DNA of 63,863 nucleotides, filler included, from Neoconidiobolus thromboides FSU 785 (Eukaryota; Fungi; Entomophthoromycota): NCBI GenBank assembly GCA_025603075.1. It is 4 parts of 4 records of this genome, joined end to end, with 100 filler letters (N's around TTAATTAATTAA, not from the genome) between each part and the next. Parts side by side here need not be neighbours in the genome. Positions count along the whole stretch, not along the records: positions 57,307 to 63,863 come from MU626727.1; 3 more parts are not named here. One strand, 5' to 3'. Shown piece by piece: positions 57,307 to 63,863 of this stretch (position 1 is its first letter; each line of letters starts with the position of its first letter). The notes under the pieces were generated by a model. It saw only the letters and a program-made list of their open reading frames with translations, ran no database searches and was not told where the DNA came from. The position numbers and the translations under genes were made by a program.

Positions 57307-57618
57307 TGACACTCCATCCAAAAAAAGTACAAATAGGCCCTGGTCCCTTTGAGTAAGGTGCACGCCATAACGACCCAGTGTGTAACCAGATATCATAAAC
57401 TGCTAATGCAATTTGTAACCTTAGAGACACTCGATCTACTAGCTTACGATCATATATAGCTAATAAAGAATTCAGTACAAATGTTATGAAAAAGGTAGTA
57501 AAAACTTACACATTCCGACCATAAATAAGATCACAACTAGTGCCAGAAGTGCAGAAATGTAACCGAGAATTGGGACATATTTATTGACTAAAAAGAATTG
57601 AAAAGGACTAAGCTCCAT
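57307..57618 (-). CDS. 7TM/GPCR-like membrane protein, 5' part (runs into gap); paralogue of 59299-60507
   Basis: Manual translation MELSPFQFFLVNKYVPILGYISALLALVVILFMVGM-[intron]-SIYDRKLVDRVSLRLQIALAVYDIWLHTGSLW..GPICTFFGWSV; absent from ORF track. Confidence 0.8.
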
Positions 57619-58427
57619 CGTTTTATCTTGATTTTATAGCTTAATACTTTAATATCTGGTACAGGTATTTATGAGTAAATATTAATTAATTAAATAGAAA
57701 TATTGAAATTTGGGTGACAGTGAATTCAGTTTTTTTAAGAGTATTTATACTTTTGATTTGTTTAAACTTAATCAACTTTAAAGAGTTTTGTTAAATTATA
57801 TTTCTTTTCTAGCATTTTTATAAACCTGTTTTATTTATCTTTAATTTTTTGAAGAGCTGTTCTCAATAAATTTATTTTAAACTTTAAACGCTATATGTAG
57901 ATTACAAATTTTAAGTTATTAAGAAATAGGAGCAGCAAATGGTGAATTACACCCAGAAGTATTAATTAGTTCATCCTAAATGAATATCAAGCTGAAAGGC
58001 TTTATAATTACGGCTCAATATATTTCTATGCATATTTAATCCACCGAGAATAGTCTATAAACATGCAACCAGTGTACTAATATGGTTGTGACATAAAATG
58101 TATTAAACTATAATATTATACAGCGTGATGTTGCTGGCTTGAACTTCATTTCAAGATCAGCTAACGATATTAATATTATAGTCTATTTTTGGTAATGTTT
58201 TGTCAAATGATTTGACACTGCATTATCTTTCATTATATTGGTTATATGTTAATATTAATGATACCATATAGTTATAAATCCCATTGATTAATATATCTGG
58301 ATCTACATCATCAAGAATAGAATTTCATATTTTATTCTATAGCATTATTTAAAATGCAACTATTAAAATTAATTTTTGTAAAGAGTAGCTCAAACTAAAA
58401 AAAATTGTTTATTTTTTAGATATATAT

Positions 58428-58523
58428 GGGGATGTATTTTTGTGTTTAAGAATTTTACTAACAAGTTTTCCGCTTAAATAGCGCTTGAAAAATGGAAAAA
58501 ATAATGAAAAAAAAAACACTCCC
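58428..58523 (-). mobile_element. MITE family 1 (first of inverted dimer)
   Basis: ATAT 58424-58427; shared ATAT 58524-58527. Confidence 0.92.
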
Positions 58524-58527
58524 ATAT

Positions 58528-58623
58528 GGTAGTGTTTTTTTTTTCATTATTTTTTCCATTTTTTAAGCGCTATTTGAGTGGAAAATTTATTAGTAAAGTT
58601 CTTGAGCACAAAAACACATCCCC
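58528..58623 (+). mobile_element. MITE family 1 (second of inverted dimer)
   Basis: atat-ggtagtg...acatcccc-atat(58624-58627). Confidence 0.92.
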
Positions 58624-59298
58624 ATATGTTAACACAAATCGACAATATTGAATTGATAATATCAAGAATACCCAAAATTCAATTAGGATATTTAAACCAG
58701 TACATATAAACCACTATAGAGAATAAAAATAATAATACTAGTAAGCAGCAATATACTTTATTTTCATATTAGGTTTATTATGATAAAGTCATATGAGGTC
58801 GTTTTTTAAAAAATCCTGAAAAAGCCAGAGACTTCTAAATGTTTTGTTCTTAGAGAAATGTGCAAGGATTTTTTTTAAAGCTGAATTTAAAGTCTTTGAT
58901 AGAATTAGCAGGAGAAACATTTGTTTTTTCAGTTTAATTTCTCAAAATATACAAATCTACGATTTTTTTTATTTGTAATAAAAATTATAAGTATCATTAT
59001 ATCTCTTATATATAACATCTTAATATAGAGATTATTTTTTAAAATCATTCCTTGATATTGTTTTTTTAAAACTATCATAAGTTTACTTCAAAAAATAAAA
59101 TTTTGAAAAATAGATTAGCTTTTAAATTGTTATAAATAAAATATAACCATAAATAGAAGATGCTTTTAAAGATATTATTAATTTAACATGACATCAAAAG
59201 TACAAATGATTGAGTAATTACTTACTTTGGTGAGCTTTTTGATTTAGATGGTTTGATAGCCCTATAGATATTAAAAAAACAATACAACATCAAATAAA

Positions 59299-60507
59299 AT
59301 GGCGTTTAATGGCTTTTTAAGAGAAAAATATGTTCCAAATATATCTTATGCTTCCACATTTTTGGCACTACTTATAGTTTTATTTATGGTTGGAATGTGT
59401 ATGTACTTTATCACATTGTTTTTTATATTTATATTGAATTTTTTTAAAGCTATTTATGATCATAAATTGGTAGATCGAGTATCTTTGAGATTACAAACCG
59501 CATTAGCGGTTTATGACCTTTGGCTGCACTCTGGGCCTTTATGGCGAACTTCACTAACGGAAAGCGCAGGCCCAGTATGTACATTTCTTGGATGGTCTTT
59601 TTTGGCTTTTCGGCTGTTTTATTTATTTATAAACGTTTCAATCGAAATCAACCTTCAGTTAATATTTATTCATAATATGATAGTTACTAAGAAGATTGAA
59701 GTGGCATATTGGATAGTTCCTATATTATTTATCGTTTTAATTACAACTCCACCACTTGGTAGTTTTTATGTTATTATATTATTACCATTAATTTTCGATA
59801 TCAGCTTTAGGTATATTAGGCTGGAGTAAGTATAATGGTTGTTACATTTCTGAAGCTTATATAGACAGCTTCTAAGGTACAATATTTGATATATTAGCAA
59901 ATCAAATATGGAGAGTATTTACTCTTATATACCTTATAATTGCTATTATAAGCGTATTCATAAAACTAAACCGAAAAGCTGTTATAGCTAATTCTCGAAA
60001 ATTGAAATCAAATTCAGAGTCTATACTTAAAACTATTAAAACCATAAAGTATTGGGATATAGAATGTATCTTTATGTTTATTATATTTCAAACCACTAAT
60101 TTTTTAGACTGTTGTATCCTACAGTTATGTTAATCACTAATTTTTCAGGGATCTTATCTCAATTTTATTACGATTTTAATAGCGAGCCAAGTGATTTTTT
60201 GGATAATTGGACTTCTATCACTTACCCACTAATGGATGGTTTAAACTTTATTGCTTTTTGCTGCGATCCTACAGTCCATGATGCAATCAAAGTCGTTCTT
60301 TATAAAATTAAGATTAGGAAAAATTGTAAAAAAAAAAGATAATAGTATACTTGTTTATTTATTTAAGCTCATATATCTTTAGGTAATCAACCAGGTATGG
60401 AATTAGATGCAGTTAATTCAACTTTAGAAGAAAGTGTAAATACCAGAAATACCAATGATAATAATGTCGATGGCGAGACATTTAATAATCCAATACAATC
60501 TTTATAA
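59299..60507 (+). pseudogene. 7TM/GPCR-like gene (cAMP-receptor/Git3-like layout) with premature stop and frameshift
   Basis: LVDRVSLRLQTALAVYDL, CTFLGW, RILLYP, GLNFIAFCCDP; intron 59399-59449; in-frame TAA 59873-59875; frameshift near 60045. Confidence 0.6.
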
Positions 60508-62547
60508 CTGTATTTTACATATATCAAAAATGACTTAATTCGATTTCATATTTTACAAAAGTATATAAAATAAAAACATATTTAAGGTTTATAAAACTAA
60601 TATAAGGACTATAAATAATAAGGTTTTTCTTAGAAATTATAAAATTGTTCCCTTTTTTGACTTCTGGTCATAATTAACTTATGTTTTATATCATGCAAAA
60701 AATTTACAAATTATGAAATTATAGATATCAATAATACTAAAGTACTTAGCATTTGGTTTACCTTTTGAATAAGTGTTGCTATCTTAGATTGTTCGAGCTA
60801 AATATGATAGATATAAACATATTATTTAAGTCATTATAAAAACAGTAATAAAGTAATAGATATAGATAGCAAAATGTTAAAATGGAACAATTAAATCATA
60901 TTTTTTAAAATACAATATTATTTAATTGATTTGGGATGATGGTGATCAGGTAAAGGTATGGCGAATATTAATATTATATGTAAAAGAATTGTTTTTATGA
61001 GACGATATTAAGCCTCCTTTTGAAGTACTTATTCTTTAAAGTTAAACAAAAGTACAGAGTATTTATTCTTTAAAGCTAAGTAAAAGGTTTGGGTATTTAA
61101 TGAATTTCAAAATACTAATTTCTATATTTTTGGAATCCTAATACTCTTTTAAATCACTTTCGATAATTTATAAACATAGTTTCCGTTTTGGACATTAGAG
61201 TTTAAAGGATGAAATTGGTAGGTTTTTTATTACCATGTTCCTGATATCATTCAAAGTGAAGTTATCAAACTTATATATCAGATGCTCATGTACATCAACT
61301 TTCAGTCTCCCAAAATTATATAATCACACAGTCGCATTTCAATGTTGCTCGAATTAAGTAATTTGTATTACCAAAATTATTATTATAGCTATCCGAAGAA
61401 TCATAATTCTGGATCCTTAATATTTTCTGAATTTCGCTATTAAACACTTTAAATTATAACTAGAGAATTAAGCTTGTTTTTGAATAAGAACATTTATGTA
61501 ACTTTTCTAAATCTGATTTCTCATATTTTGAAGACGAATTTATACAAATATATTAAACATTAAATTAAACTTGTTCTATTCTAACTCAATCTTTTTATGA
61601 GTTAGTAGCATTTATAGAAATTTAGAGGATTTCTTGAATTGCGGATGGATCTTTATGTAAATAATATAAGCAATTTTATCATTACACATTATAACAAATA
61701 TTCTATTCCCAATACAAAAGTACATCCACTTTTTGATGTTAATTTTAACACAGTCGTGAATGTATGTTAACTTTAAACATTACTATACAAATATAGAATT
61801 ATTAAGATGGATTACAGTAGGTTTGAATTTTTTAATGTTCCATTTGATTTCAAATAACTTCAATAGTTAAAATCAGCCAAAATTTATAATAAAATTTTCC
61901 AACTTATTATTAACAAAATTACAGCCAACAAACTGTTTATATCTTTTTTCAAGGATTATTAACAACTTTAAGAAAGTTTGGCAAAAATTTATATGGGGTT
62001 GTCCGAATTGATTTCAGAATCTAGAAATTAATCCAAATCTTAAGTTTAAATTTGTGTCTAATGCGATGGTTAAATCTAAATAGCTTAAAATTAAATCTCT
62101 TTATCTAACTTAAAAACTTATTTTAATTGTTTCCTTTTCTTAAATAGCTAGTTTTTCTAACTATATGCTATATGTTATTTCTGTTAGATATTTAATAGAT
62201 ATACAATATATAAATATATGATTACATAATTAGATAAATACAGTTATTGACTTTATTTTTTGTTAAAATAAAAATAAAATGCAAACTTTCAGAACTAAAC
62301 TTCGAAATGGAATTTTTGAAAATTCCAATACAATAGGGAGGAGTACACAATATAAACATTGTAATTCATTTACACCAATTAAGAGCTACTTATAACAACC
62401 CAAGGCTTATGGAATTTCATAATAAAACAAAACAAAGAAAAGATGTATTATCAAAGTTTACTATCGATAATAATAAACTTAATCAAGCAATGTACAAAAT
62501 TAATGCTTTAAGGGAAACAGGAAATAAAAATCAAGTAGAATTACTAT

Positions 62548-63011
62548 TGTGAAATCTAGTACTCATTGGTTGGAGTCAAAAATAGATATTGCTTGATTGG
62601 CTATACTGTAAGTCAAAAGGTCTTAGTTTATGTGACTAAGGTAGACTTGAATTATGTAAAATAGCACGTAATATGATATGGACTATGTAAGACAAAGATA
62701 ATAGATAATACTAATGCAAAACCTATCTAAAATACTATTAAGAAAACTTAGTGACTTTATTAAATGTTCGAGATATCAGGGAATAATTCAGTTAAAAAGC
62801 CTCGAGCTATTATGTTTTAGAATCTCTTTTATACTCCAGTAAGTATAAATATCAAAACGAGGGGAGAGTATTCCTTGAGACGAAGATAGAAATTCTCTCA
62901 GCAAATCAGAACAAGAGCATGGGACTAATTGTCTCTATAATCGAGAACACGACAGCTTAAGCGATTATTATGCTATAATTAACCATGGGGCTGACAAAGC
63001 GATATTTCACA
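62548..63011 (+). mobile_element. Solo-LTR-like element (464 bp)
   Basis: TGTGAAAT...ATTTCACA; internal TATAAATA conserved with the 21285 copy; no TSD or PBS seen. Confidence 0.75.
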
Positions 63012-63113
63012 CATACCAAGTAATCTCAAAAATACGGCAAGAAAAACAGATTTATGTTATATATGTACCCAGTATACAATCAGAAAAAAATTATTTGAGA
63101 AAAAAATAAATAT

Positions 63114-63212
63114 AGGGCTGTATTTTTGTGTTTAAGAATTTTACTAACAAGTTTTCCGCTTAAATAGCGCTTAAAAAATGGAAAAAATAATGAAGCCAAA
63201 AAAAACACTTCC
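63114..63212 (-). mobile_element. MITE family 1
   Basis: atat-agggctgta...aacacttcc-atat. Confidence 0.88.
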
Positions 63213-63863
63213 ATATTATAAGTATTATGTAAATTATTTCTTTCCAAACTATATTATTTTATATTCTATTACTAGTTTATAATTATTATTCAGAAAACTA
63301 AAAATTGATGCTACAATAAAGAAATATTTTGTTAATAAAATAAAAGTCCCTTTTGTTTCATTACTTTTTTTATTTTTTAACCATTATTAAACAGGAAAAA
63401 TTAAAAAATTAATTGAGATTTTTTTATAATTGTCCTCAATTCTACAAAAATTGGTTTTATAGTTGCAATTGATTGCTTTTACTACTTTACAAAAAAGTCA
63501 GATTATTTTGAAAAAAAACATTAAATTTGCAAAATCTATATAAAACCTTACTAACAGTATTTGTCTATTTTTAAGGTATTGTAAGATTTAAAAATAATTA
63601 AAATCAAACGCTGAATAAAAGCTCACAAATAATTTTAAGATTAAAGGGAATTATTTTTAACATTCAAACTATTTTTAATTTTCGAAGAAATCAAATCTGG
63701 GAAAAAATTGAGAACCTTAAAGCAACTTGCAGTCAAATGTCATTTAATATTTTTAGTTTGTAGTTCGTTTTTTTCAATATGAATTTGTAAATTATTAAAA
63801 GCTACAGCTCTTAAATTCATATTAAAAAAAATGAGCTACAAATTTAAAGCAACATAAACAATT

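Noticed and set aside
57900-58330. Possible coding relic between the 7TM paralogues
   Set aside because: Fragmented in all frames; no identifiable family.
60066-60107. GTATCTTT donor resembling a U12 intron
   Set aside because: Has a major-type ACTAAT branch point and no TCCTTAAC box.
60700-62200. Possible F-box/LRR pseudogene relic on the minus strand (similar hint at 6900-7900)
   Set aside because: Only scattered motif-like fragments; cannot be supported without alignment.

Overview
Very AT-rich eukaryotic (fungal) scaffold segment with short GT-AG introns (43-60 nt in those traced base by base). Homoaconitase, a secreted trypsin, 7TM paralogues, ELM1 and a Cul2-like cullin fit an early-diverging fungus, probably Entomophthorales/Conidiobolus-like (inference). 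Three 100-nt artificial gaps (N44-TTAATTAATTAA-N44) split it into four contigs. Genes: tRNA-Ile(AAT), SulP sulfate transporter, cytochrome P450, divergent beta-tubulin, LYS4, a secreted RRHRR-repeat peptide precursor, trypsin, LCB1, ERG10, CDT1, importin-13-like karyopherin, alpha/beta-hydrolase, a winged-helix + SET protein, ELM1, cullin, TMA20 and two head-to-head 7TM paralogues. Pseudogenes: an ARN/SIT-like MFS transporter and a Cys-rich orphan. Intergenic DNA carries 23 near-full copies plus fragments of a ~97-bp MITE (GGGGATG...CATCCCC, 4-bp TSD, Sola-like), including a nested self-insertion and three inverted dimers. There are also three ~464-bp solo-LTR-like elements and a second ~370-bp repeat. 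Best novelty candidates: the Kex2/furin-type repeat peptide precursor, the HARE-HTH-like + minimal SET protein, and the MITE system. All family calls come from motif recognition by eye; no searches were run.
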